Below, in pieces: positions 9,407 through 19,889 of a stretch of DNA of 64,000 nucleotides. Made by a program: the position numbers and the translations under genes. Numbering within the stretch: position 1 is the stretch's first letter; the number at the start of each line of letters is the position of its first letter. The stretch comes from an uncultured Acidobacteriota bacterium (GTDB taxonomy: Bacteria > Acidobacteriota > Thermoanaerobaculia > Gp7-AA8). The notes beneath the pieces are model-generated. The model was given only the letters and a program-made list of their open reading frames with translations, ran no database searches and had not been told where the DNA came from. The stretch covers positions 1,632,001-1,696,000 of the forward strand of contig CAWGHO010000003.1 of NCBI GenBank assembly GCA_963822445.1, given 5' to 3'.

Positions 9407-10499
9407 AGCTCGCCGTCGTCGCCGGCGAGGCTTCCGGCGATCTTCACGCCTCGGAAGTCATCCGCGAGCTGAAGAAACTCGATCCCTCCTTGCAGCTCTA
9501 TGGGATCGGCGGGGATCTCCTCGCCAGCGAAGGCACGGAGCTCATTCATCACGCGAGTGAGATGGGGCTGGTCGGGCTGTTCAACGTCATCCGTCATCTG
9601 CCGATGCTCCGGCGCGTGTTCAACGACCTGATCAAGCGCATCGAGCGCGAGCGTCCCGACGTCGTCTTTCTCATCGACTATCCCGGCTTCAACCTGCGCG
9701 TCGCCAAGCGGTGCAAGGAGCTCGGGCTGCGCGTCGTCTACTACATCTCGCCGCAGATCTGGGCGTGGCGGCAGGGGAGAGTGCGGCACATCGCCCGCTA
9801 CGTCGATCGAATGATCGTCGTGTTTCCGTTCGAGGAAGACTTCTACAAAGCGCATGGCGTGCCGGTGAAGTACGTCGGCCATCCGCTGGTCGAGCAGCTC
9901 GGGCACGTGCAGAAACCGCCGCGCGGCGAGACGCTGCGTCTGGCGTTGTTGCCCGGATCACGCCGGCAGGAAGTGGACGAACTGCTGCCGGCAATGCTCG
10001 ACGCGGTCGCGGTCCTGCGCCGCGAGCGCAAGGTCGATGCGTACGTCATTCAGGCGCCGACCATCGATCGAGCGCACCTGGACATCCTCATCGCGGCGAA
10101 AGCCATCGACGTCCGCATCGTCGAGCGCGATCGCGGAGAAGGCGTTGCCGCCGCGGACGTCTCGTTATCCGCATCCGGCACGGCCACGCTCGAATCTGCG
10201 GTTCTCGGTACGCCCGTCGTGGTGATGTATCGCTTGAGCCGGCTCACATACTGGGCGGGCCGCAAGCTCGTGCGCGTTCCGCATTTCAGCCTGGTGAACA
10301 TCGTGGCCGGGAAGCAGGTCGTGCCCGAGTTGATTCAGAACCAGGTCAACGGTGAGCGCATCGCCGAGGAAGTGCGGAAGATGATTGCGCCTGGCGCTTA
10401 TGAGCGTCTCACCGAGGAGCTTTCCCGCGTCCGCGACCTCCTCGGCGGCCCCGGCGCCAGCGGTCGCGCCGCGTCTGAAATTCATGAGATGGTAAAGCG

Positions 10500-10503
<4 letters not shown>
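9403..10503 (+). CDS. lpxB: Lipid-A-disaccharide synthase
   Basis: VVAGEASGDLH, IDYPGFN, YYISPQIWAWR, YVGHPL, LLPGSR, SGTATLE. Confidence 0.96.
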
Positions 10504-12360
<1,857 letters not shown>

Positions 12361-12363
12361 CGC

Positions 12364-14607
12364 TTACCGGTTCGCGTGCTGCCGCGGCGGTTCGGTTCGA
12401 AGACGCAGCTCGCTGAAGGGCGCCAGGTATCCGCGCGTACACCGTGCCGGTTCGTAGGTTGGAACCGCCAGCCCGCGCGTGATCGCTCGCCATTCGTCCG
12501 TGCCCTTCCAACAAACAGAGTACTCGCCCGGCTCGGCAAGCGGCAGCGTGACGGTTTGAACGTCCGCGGTACTGTTGAACCCTTCTCCGGCCCGGAACGG
12601 AATGCTCAGGAGACTCGCGTAGGCCGCGCCATGAGCGAACACAGGCACGGCGCCCCACTTGTCGCTGTCACCTGTTGGAAGTTCCACGATGAGGCGTCCT
12701 CCGATCTGATCGACGTTGACGAGCAGTGGTTCGGCGCTCACGTCGGTCCTGAAGAATCGAAACGCATAGCCCGGCGCGGCGACGGAGAGCGTCACGCCAG
12801 GCGAACCCGCGTTCAAGGGCGCCTCGAATCTGCCCTCGGCGTCGGATGCCCGCGGAGCTGAAAAGCTCGTGGAGCGGTCATCGGGCATGGCCGTGATCCG
12901 CGCACCGGCCACAGGCCCGCTGCTGGAGCGGATGACGCCGTGAACCCGTTTCCTCGGTCGCAGACGAAGCTCGACGACGGGCGGCTTCTGTTCCGCTTCG
13001 ATCTTTACAGGGACCGAACTGCTTTCCGCATCCCTCGAGGCGGCGCGCAGATGAAACGTTCCTTCTTCGAGACCGTGAATCGAAAACCGGCCTGCTTCAT
13101 CCGCTTCGATTTGGAGGAGGCGATGAGGGTCTTCGCGCGTGAGATTGATCGTCGCTTCGCGGGCAGGGTTGCCATCGTTGTCCACGACGCGCCCCTGCAC
13201 ACCGCGATCGCTGACCTCCAGCAGCACGTGGGCGATCTCTCCGCCGCTCACGGGCTTCACGAGCACATCGTTGAATGTCGCCCGGACGATTGGGTCTTCG
13301 GCGTCGACTTCGACCTCGGGCCACAGGTCGTCCGGCTGCCTTGGCAGGTATGCGCGAAACGCTCCGGTTTTGGGCACGCGGATCGGAATTTCACCGTTTG
13401 CACCCCGGAACCGAACGACAGCTCCCGCCAGCGGTGTTCCGCCGATCTGCACCTTCCCAGCGACTTTCACCACGTCGATGGGGAGGACGATCCGCGTCTC
13501 GTCGTGCAACTGGATCTCCTTCTGCAACCAGACTCCGCCCCTCGCTCGTTCGACACTCACCAGATATTCACCGGCCGTAAGACCCGTGACTTGCCAAGCT
13601 CCTGCGGCATCGGCGGCATGGTGTGCGAAGTCTTCGGCCTCGTTCGGCGTGCCGTTCCGGCGCTTCAGATCGAGGACCCACGGCTCGTTCGCCGGATCGA
13701 CCGGCGGCGTTACGACCACATGAAAATCGAACGGCACTTGGAGCAGAAGGGGCTCCTTCAGTTGCGCCTCGAGGTTTGGGTGAATCGTGACTTTGGTCGC
13801 TGCGGAACGCTCGCGGCCGGAGACAGCAGTGAGGACATAGGCTCCTGGACGGAGGCCGCGGAACTGAAAAAAGCCGTTCTTCGTCGGCTGCACACGCTGC
13901 GTGGCAAGCGCGGCGCGGTTCTGCTCTTCGCCACTGAGTCCGATGGCCCGTTCCGCCGCGAGCTCGACGACGGTTCGCGCCAGTGAGTAACCCTTGTTCC
14001 TGCTGGTCGCGTATCCGCTCAGGGAGGCCCCTGCGACGAACGCGATCTCTCCTTCCGAACGGGTCTTGCCGGCGCCGACTGCAACGGACCACAGATAGTG
14101 CGGTACGAGTCCCTCCGCCGAGATGCGAACGTCGACAGGCAGCGCGATGACCGTACAGGCGACCGTCCGCTCACGTGTGACGCACTCGGTGGTTCCGCTG
14201 ATCTTCCTGTCTGCCGACTGGAACGTTGCACGAAAGGCGCGATCGGAGTTGTCCGCGGCGACCTTCCGACGAAATTCAAAGGTGGCTGTGGGGATGACGT
14301 CGAAAACCACGTTTTCGGCTCGATTGCCGGAAATCACCTGTGACGCGGCCCAACCACCCTTCGATTGTACCGACAGGGTCCATGCGGGTGCGTCGTCGGG
14401 CAACTTGATGGTGACCTCTGATGGGGCCTTCATCTCCACGCGGACCGGTGCGACGCCAGGGCCTGCCGGTTCCGCGAGGAGAACCCCACTCACCGGGGTT
14501 GTCGATCGCAGTTTCACGTTCACGACCGCTGCACCGGCACTTCCAGCTAAGAGCACAGCCACCAGCAGGAGCGAACCGCACAGAACTACTAGCCGACGTA
14601 CTTGCAT
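12364..14607 (-). CDS. Large secreted protein with carboxypeptidase-regulatory-like (beta-sandwich) repeats; start ATG 14607 or 14625
   Basis: Signal peptide RRLVVLCGSLLLVAVLLAGSAGA; repeats GFFQFRGLRPGAYVL, VQGRVVDNDGNPAREATI...DEAGRFSIHGLEEGTFHL, SDAEGRF. Confidence 0.75.
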   Translation of the reverse strand: MQVRRLVVLCGSLLLVAVLLAGSAGAAVVNVKLRSTTPVSGVLLAEPAGPGVAPVRVEMKAPSEVTIKLPDDAPAWTLSVQSKGGWAASQVISGNRAENVVFDVIPTATFEFRRKVAADNSDRAFRATFQSADRKISGTTECVTRERTVACTVIALPVDVRISAEGLVPHYLWSVAVGAGKTRSEGEIAFVAGASLSGYATSRNKGYSLARTVVELAAERAIGLSGEEQNRAALATQRVQPTKNGFFQFRGLRPGAYVLTAVSGRERSAATKVTIHPNLEAQLKEPLLLQVPFDFHVVVTPPVDPANEPWVLDLKRRNGTPNEAEDFAHHAADAAGAWQVTGLTAGEYLVSVERARGGVWLQKEIQLHDETRIVLPIDVVKVAGKVQIGGTPLAGAVVRFRGANGEIPIRVPKTGAFRAYLPRQPDDLWPEVEVDAEDPIVRATFNDVLVKPVSGGEIAHVLLEVSDRGVQGRVVDNDGNPAREATINLTREDPHRLLQIEADEAGRFSIHGLEEGTFHLRAASRDAESSSVPVKIEAEQKPPVVELRLRPRKRVHGVIRSSSGPVAGARITAMPDDRSTSFSAPRASDAEGRFEAPLNAGSPGVTLSVAAPGYAFRFFRTDVSAEPLLVNVDQIGGRLIVELPTGDSDKWGAVPVFAHGAAYASLLSIPFRAGEGFNSTADVQTVTLPLAEPGEYSVCWKGTDEWRAITRGLAVPTYEPARCTRGYLAPFSELRLRTEPPRQHANR

Positions 14608-14951
14608 GCGCCGCTCGCAATGCATGAGCCCGTTTCCGTACTACATTTGCAATAGCCGTCCGCATATTCTTCCGTTGCGCACACCGACTTTCGGTCGATT
14701 GACCCGTCCGGGATGACGCACTTCTTACAGCCTCTCGTGCTGGTACAACTATTCATTCCCGGAGCGGAGCCGCCGCCACTCATCCCGTCCTCGCCCATGG
14801 AGTCGCACATGACCCAATTACCAGTCATGTCCTGACACATCGCACCATCTTCTTCGAACTCCTCGAACACGAGTTGGGCCTTCGCCGGCGAAGCGAGAAG
14901 CGCCGTCAGTAGCACCATGCAAGTCAGGACGATCCAGTTTGCGTTTCGCAT
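14589..14951 (-). CDS. Small secreted cysteine-rich protein (120 aa; 10 Cys in predicted mature part)
   Basis: SD-like AAGGA; signal peptide ending PAKA; Cys-rich C-terminal half; stop overlaps the start of the downstream large gene. Confidence 0.75.
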   Translation of the reverse strand: MRNANWIVLTCMVLLTALLASPAKAQLVFEEFEEDGAMCQDMTGNWVMCDSMGEDGMSGGGSAPGMNSCTSTRGCKKCVIPDGSIDRKSVCATEEYADGYCKCSTETGSCIASGACKYVG

Positions 14952-15109
14952 TTCATGTCCTTTTCTGCTTGAGACGGTTGAGCATTCTTGAATGCCTTCC
15001 AGATATATCCGACGTCTGTATGGACGTCAAGATGCACCGAAAGGTGTCTTCGAACTCGACGCGCGGCGCGTAAGGCGTCACCGCCCCCGGATCACGTAAG
15101 ATCCGCGCT

Positions 15110-15721
15110 TTGAAGCTCCTCTCCTTCCTTGGATACCTCTTCATCCGCGCCCTTCACACCACGTTGCGCGTGCGGCATGTTCGCGCGCACAACCTCGTCG
15201 ACACACCGCGGTACATCGTCGCGTTCTGGCACGAGTGCGTTCTGCTGTCGCTGCACTCGCGGTGGCGGAAGCCGACCACGGCGATGATCTCGCGATCGAA
15301 GGACGGCGAGATCGTGGCCCGTGTCCTCGAGCTTTACGGCGCGACAACGGCTCGCGGTTCGTCGACGCGTGGCGGGGACATTGCGTTGCGGGAGGTTCTG
15401 CGCGACGTGCGCGACGGAAAGAACATCGCCTTCACTCCCGACGGCCCGAAAGGTCCTCCTCGCGTCGTGAAGGAAGGCATCGTCTACGTGGCGAAGATGA
15501 CCGGGCTGCCGGTCGTTCCATTTCACTACGCGGCGAAGTCGAAAAAACGGTTGCGCTCCTGGGACCGGATGGTCGTCCCCTGGCCCTTCACGAAAGTCGC
15601 GTTTCTTTACGGCGATCCGATCCTCGTTCCGCGGGACGGCGACGTGGAGGAATGGCGCTTGAAAATCGAAAAGCAGATGAATGACCTCGCCGATGAGGCC
15701 GAGGTCGAGGTGAACCGATGA
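15110..15721 (+). CDS. Lysophospholipid acyltransferase family protein (DUF374)
   Basis: AFWH, SRSKDGEI, RGSSTRGG, TPDGPKGP, SWDRMVVPWPF. Confidence 0.9.
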   Translation: MKLLSFLGYLFIRALHTTLRVRHVRAHNLVDTPRYIVAFWHECVLLSLHSRWRKPTTAMISRSKDGEIVARVLELYGATTARGSSTRGGDIALREVLRDVRDGKNIAFTPDGPKGPPRVVKEGIVYVAKMTGLPVVPFHYAAKSKKRLRSWDRMVVPWPFTKVAFLYGDPILVPRDGDVEEWRLKIEKQMNDLADEAEVEVNR

Positions 15722-16605
15722 TTCAGAGCATGACCGGCTTCGGCCGCGCGTCCGGCGCGATCTCCGCGCGTTATTTCGTCACGATTACTGCCAAAAGCGT
15801 CAACCATCGCTTCCTCGAGCTGGGCGTGCGCCTGCCTGAGTACTTGTGGGATATGGAAGCGCCGCTCCGAGCGATCGCCTCGGAAGTCTTCTCCCGCGGC
15901 AAGATCGATCTTTCCGTCCGCGTCCAGCGCACGCAGCAGCCCGAGTACAGCGTCCGCATCAACACCCAGATCGCGAATCAGGTCATCCCGCAGTTGAAAT
16001 CGATCGCGGAAGAGCTCGGCCTGAGCTCCTTCACCGGCAGCGATCTCATGCGCGTTCCCGATCTCCTCCAGGTAGAACCTGTTGACGCGGAGGTCACCGA
16101 TGAGGAGCGTGAGGGGTTGATGAAGATCGTCCGCGAGACCTTCGAGCTGATGGCCGTCATGCGCAGGCGGGAAGGGGAGTCGCTCAAGACCGACATTACC
16201 TCGCGCGTGAAGACGATCCGCGAGCTGCGCGATCGCGTCGCATCGCATCGCGACGACATCCGCGCCGAAGTTCTGGCCAGCTATCAGCAACGCGTGCAGG
16301 AGATCGCCGCAGCGGCGGGCGTCGAAGTGGGGCAGGATCGCATCGCCCAGGAGATCGTGATCATGGTGGAGAAAGGGGACATCGCCGAGGAGCTGACCCG
16401 GCTCGACCATCATGTCGATCAGATCGAGAAGGCGATCGCCGGCAAGGAAGCGGCCGGCAAGAAGCTGGACTTCCTCTCCCAGGAGATGCTCCGCGAGATC
16501 AACACCATGGGCTCGAAGTCGCGCTCGGCGGCGATCCGGACCGTTGTCGTAGAATTGAAGACCGAGGTCGAGCGGATCCGCGAACAGGTACAGAATGTCG
16601 AGTAA
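15718..16605 (+). CDS. yicC: YicC/YloC-family endoribonuclease
   Basis: MIQSMTGFGR, SVNHRFLE, GKKLDFLSQEMLREINTMGSK, IREQVQNVE. Confidence 0.93.
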   Translation: MIQSMTGFGRASGAISARYFVTITAKSVNHRFLELGVRLPEYLWDMEAPLRAIASEVFSRGKIDLSVRVQRTQQPEYSVRINTQIANQVIPQLKSIAEELGLSSFTGSDLMRVPDLLQVEPVDAEVTDEEREGLMKIVRETFELMAVMRRREGESLKTDITSRVKTIRELRDRVASHRDDIRAEVLASYQQRVQEIAAAAGVEVGQDRIAQEIVIMVEKGDIAEELTRLDHHVDQIEKAIAGKEAAGKKLDFLSQEMLREINTMGSKSRSAAIRTVVVELKTEVERIREQVQNVE

Positions 16606-17281
16606 CTTTCACTCGGACGGGACTTTATTCATCGTGTCCGGCCCGTCCGGGGCGGGGAAGACGACCCTCATCAACGGCGTCCGCGCCGAGCTTTCCCCGC
16701 TGGGCATCCCGCTCTATTTCTCGGTCTCCCACACCACCCGTCGCCCGCGGACGGGGGAGATCCCCGGCCGGAGCTATCACTTCGTCGACGAGGCGGAGTT
16801 CATGCGCATGGTCGGTGCCGGGGAATTCCTCGAATGGGCTCACGTTCATGCTCACCGGTACGGCACCTCGCGCGCGGAAGTCGTTCAGCGCCTGAGGGAT
16901 GGCCAGGATGTGATCCTTGACATCGATTATCAGGGCGCCAAGCAGATCGCCGACGACCCTGAGCTCAGTCCCCGATCGTTGAGCATCTTCATCTTTCCGC
17001 CCGCGCTGGAAACGCTGGAGCAGCGGCTGCGCGACCGCGGCCTGAACAGCGAGGACGAGATCGACATCCGCATCCGCAAGGCGGTGGACGAGATCGACGC
17101 GCACAAGGATTTTTATCAGTACGTGATCATCAACGACGACCTGCGGGCCGCTACCGAGTGCCTCAAGGCCGCCATCATCGCCAAGAAACTACAGACCAAG
17201 ACTGCGCTCGAAGCCATCACCGTGATGGCCGAGCGATTCAAAGAGGAGGATCGCAATGGAAGGACTGCCCGAAGGAGTTGA
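16595..17281 (+). CDS. gmk: Guanylate kinase
   Basis: SGPSGAGKTT, SHTTRRPR, FLEWAHVH..YGT, LDIDYQGA. Confidence 0.96.
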   Translation: MSSNFHSDGTLFIVSGPSGAGKTTLINGVRAELSPLGIPLYFSVSHTTRRPRTGEIPGRSYHFVDEAEFMRMVGAGEFLEWAHVHAHRYGTSRAEVVQRLRDGQDVILDIDYQGAKQIADDPELSPRSLSIFIFPPALETLEQRLRDRGLNSEDEIDIRIRKAVDEIDAHKDFYQYVIINDDLRAATECLKAAIIAKKLQTKTALEAITVMAERFKEEDRNGRTARRS

Positions 17282-17471
17282 CTCCAAGTTCCGCTACGTG
17301 CTGCTGGTCTCGAAGCGCGCGGAACAGTTGATTCAGGGAGCCCAGCCCCGAACCAAGAGCAAGCACGCCAAACCGACGCGTGTGGCCATGGAAGAGGTTG
17401 AGAAGAATCAGGTGAAGTGGCAGCTCACGGCCCCGGTCGAGGAATCGACGGCGCTGGAGAACGAAGAATAG
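17256..17471 (+). CDS. rpoZ: RNA polymerase omega subunit
   Basis: DSKFRYVLLVSKRAEQLIQGA, KPTRVAMEE; gmk-rpoZ-coaBC order. Confidence 0.92.
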   Translation: MEGLPEGVDSKFRYVLLVSKRAEQLIQGAQPRTKSKHAKPTRVAMEEVEKNQVKWQLTAPVEESTALENEE

Positions 17472-17547
17472 TTGTCGGGTTGTCAGGTGATCAGGTTGTC
17501 AGGTCTCATCCACCGGACACCCGACAACCCGACAACCGGACAACCTG
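17471..17547. repeat. Period-8 inverted tandem array A (GTTGTCRG x4 / ACCSGACA x~4)
   Basis: Left: GTTGTCGG GTTGTCAG GTGATCAG GTTGTCAG GT; right: ACCCGACA ACCCGACA ACCGGACA ACCTG; fills the rpoZ-coaBC gap. Confidence 0.9.
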
Positions 17548-17549
17548 CT

Positions 17550-18734
17550 ATGAAGATCGTTCTCGGCATCTCCGGCGGCATTGCCGCCTACAAGGCTCCG
17601 GAGCTGGTTCGCCGGCTTCGTGATGCTGGTGCCGAGGTGCGGGTGATCCTGACTCCGAATGCGGCGAGATTCGTCTCGCCGCTTTCGCTTGCGGCCGTTT
17701 CCGACCACGGCGTGATCATCGATCAGTGGGGCGATTCCGAGCGCGGCGGGGTCGATCACATCGATCTGGCTCGCTGGGCGGAACTGTTGCTGATTGCGCC
17801 GGCTACGGCGAACATCCTGGCCAAGCTCGCCGTCGGGATCGCCGATGACGCGTTGACGACGTACGCGCTCGCGCATCGCGCGGAGGTCCTCGTCGCGCCG
17901 GCCATGAACACGTTCATGCTCGGCCATCCCACCGTTCGCGAGAACATCGAGACCTTGCGCGCGCGTGGCGTAGGGATCATCGAACCGGTGAACGGACTGC
18001 TCGCGTGCGGCGACGAAGGCGCGGGGAAGATGCCCGACGTTCCTGTGCTCGTCGATCACGTGCGCGCGTATTTCGCGTCACGCGACCTCGAAGGGAAGAC
18101 CGTGCTGGTCACGGCCGGACCGACGATCGAGGCCATCGATCCCGTTCGTTACATCTCCAATCGATCCTCCGGAAAGATGGGTTACGCCATCGCCCAGGCC
18201 GCCCGACGGCGCGGCGCGCACGTGACGCTCGTTTCCGGCCCGACGTCCCTTCCCATGCCGGCCGGCGTCGAGATGACCCGCGTTCGGACCGCCACGGAGA
18301 TGCACGCCGCGGTCATGGCTGCCGCGCCGCTGAATCAGATCGTGATCAAAGCCGCGGCCGTGGCCGACTTTGCACCGACGGAAGTCGCTGATCGGAAGAT
18401 CAAGAAAGGCGCCGCGGAGGAGTTGACCATCATCCTTCGCAAGAACCCGGACATCCTCGCCGACGTCGCCCGCATCAACCCGCGGCCGTTCATCGTCGCC
18501 TTCGCCGCGGAGACGGACATGGTCGAGCAGAACGCGCGCGAGAAGCTCCAGCGCAAAGGCGCGGATCTCATCGTCGCCAACGACGTCGCCGACATGTCCA
18601 TCGGCTTCGACTCCGATCAGAACGAAGTGCTGGTGATCGGGCGGGAGGGGGCGGTGGTGAGAATCGAGAAGGCGGCCAAGGCCGTCATCGCCAACCGCCT
18701 TCTCGATGTGATCGTAGCGAAGCTCGGCGCGTAG
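17550..18734 (+). CDS. coaBC: Bifunctional phosphopantothenoylcysteine decarboxylase/ligase
   Basis: MKIVLGISGGIAAYK, IAPATANILAK, APAMN, TAGPTIEAIDPVRYISNRSSGKMG, FAAET. Confidence 0.96.
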   Translation: MKIVLGISGGIAAYKAPELVRRLRDAGAEVRVILTPNAARFVSPLSLAAVSDHGVIIDQWGDSERGGVDHIDLARWAELLLIAPATANILAKLAVGIADDALTTYALAHRAEVLVAPAMNTFMLGHPTVRENIETLRARGVGIIEPVNGLLACGDEGAGKMPDVPVLVDHVRAYFASRDLEGKTVLVTAGPTIEAIDPVRYISNRSSGKMGYAIAQAARRRGAHVTLVSGPTSLPMPAGVEMTRVRTATEMHAAVMAAAPLNQIVIKAAAVADFAPTEVADRKIKKGAAEELTIILRKNPDILADVARINPRPFIVAFAAETDMVEQNAREKLQRKGADLIVANDVADMSIGFDSDQNEVLVIGREGAVVRIEKAAKAVIANRLLDVIVAKLGA

Positions 18735-19085
18735 CTACTCGTACCCTTCGCACTCCAGAAGATCCTTGTCCGTGATCTTCCAGTACGACGCGTCGCCGCA
18801 GAGGTCGACCTCTTCGATGATGCACTCGTCGCCGTCTTCATCGACGACCTTCACATCGTAGAGATCGCAGGAGATGTTGGTGATGGTGAGCGTGTCGCCC
18901 TTGACCAGGATCTCGTCCTCGAGCAGATCCTCACCCCAGCTCTCATCCTCGGTCGACGAGAGGAAGACGTGGTGAATCTCCCATTTGCTCTGGTTGATGA
19001 TCTTGACCGTGGCCTTCTTCGGCGCGGCAAAGGAGGGGAGGGCGATGGCGAAAAGAATGAGGAGAGCGAGTGCGGTTTTCTTCAT
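18735..19085 (-). CDS. Small secreted acidic protein, function unknown
   Basis: Signal peptide [20 protein letters not shown]; SD GAGG-like context; WGEDLL and [16 protein letters not shown] motifs; host-like codon usage. Confidence 0.8.
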   Translation of the reverse strand: MKKTALALLILFAIALPSFAAPKKATVKIINQSKWEIHHVFLSSTEDESWGEDLLEDEILVKGDTLTITNISCDLYDVKVVDEDGDECIIEEVDLCGDASYWKITDKDLLECEGYE

Positions 19086-19120
19086 GAGGTAGACCCGGGA
19101 GTATAGAAGATAATCGGACC

Positions 19121-19795
19121 ATGACGGACGACGTCCTCCACGAGCTCGCGGTGCTGCGCGATTTCGGCTTCACCCACCTCGATCTACAAAGCGTCGCAGT
19201 TCCCCCAGCAACCCAGCAACCCAGCAACCCAGCAACCGGCGTCAGCGACTGGGACGCCCTCGCCGCCGAAGCCCACGACTGCCGCAAATGCAGCCTCGCC
19301 AACGGACGCACCACCGTCGTCTTCGGCGTCGGCAATCCGAACGCGGACCTGATGTTCATCGGCGAAGCACCCGGCCGCGATGAGGACCTGAAGGGCGAGC
19401 CTTTCGTCGGCAAAGCGGGTCAGCTGCTCACCGACATCATCAAAGCGATGAAGCTGACCCGCGACGACGTCTACATCGCCAACGTCATCAAGTGCCGCCC
19501 GCCGGACAATCGCAATCCCGAGCCCGACGAGCTCGATGCCTGCCGCCCCTTCATCCGCCGCCAGGTCGAGCTGATCAATCCCAAAGTCATCGTCACCCTC
19601 GGCAAGTTCGGCCTGCAGAGCCTCACCGAGAAGAGCTACGGCATCACCGCCATCCGCGGACAGTGGCTCGACTACAACGGCATCAAGCTCATGCCCACGT
19701 ACCACCCCGCGTATCTGCTCCGCACGCCCGCGGCGAAGAAGGATGTGTGGGCGGACATGAAGAAGGTGATGGCGGAGCTGGGGATCTCGTTTTAG
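19121..19795 (+). CDS. Uracil-DNA glycosylase family 4 (Fe-S)
   Basis: [47 protein letters not shown]. Confidence 0.95.
   Translation: MTDDVLHELAVLRDFGFTHLDLQSVAVPPATQQPSNPATGVSDWDALAAEAHDCRKCSLANGRTTVVFGVGNPNADLMFIGEAPGRDEDLKGEPFVGKAGQLLTDIIKAMKLTRDDVYIANVIKCRPPDNRNPEPDELDACRPFIRRQVELINPKVIVTLGKFGLQSLTEKSYGITAIRGQWLDYNGIKLMPTYHPAYLLRTPAAKKDVWADMKKVMAELGISF
19203..19237 (+). repeat. Orphan period-8 array (ACCCAGCA x~4) inside the UDG coding sequence
   Basis: CCCCAGCA ACCCAGCA ACCCAGCA ACCCAGCA ACC, encoding [12 protein letters not shown]; same unit as the right arm of array C. Confidence 0.85.
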
Positions 19796-19800
19796 ATGGA

Positions 19801-19889
19801 GTTACGGGGTTTCGAGGTTTCGGGGTTTCGAGGTGGTTCTCTCGTCGCATTGACCCCGCAACCTCGTAACCCCGCGACCTCGTAACCCC
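19801..19889. repeat. Period-8 inverted tandem array B (GTTWCGRG x4 / ACCYCGYR x4)
   Basis: Left: GTTACGGG GTTTCGAG GTTTCGGG GTTTCGAG GT; right: ACCCCGCA ACCTCGTA ACCCCGCG ACCTCGTA ACCCC, immediately followed by the priA ATG. Confidence 0.9.

Noticed and set aside
17472-17549. Upstream extensions of ORF-track starts (coaBC 17472, rpsA 4985, rpoN 30288, hom 48276, kinase 53796, App1 60850)
   Set aside because: They run through repeats, promoters or neighbouring genes; conserved N-termini indicate the later starts
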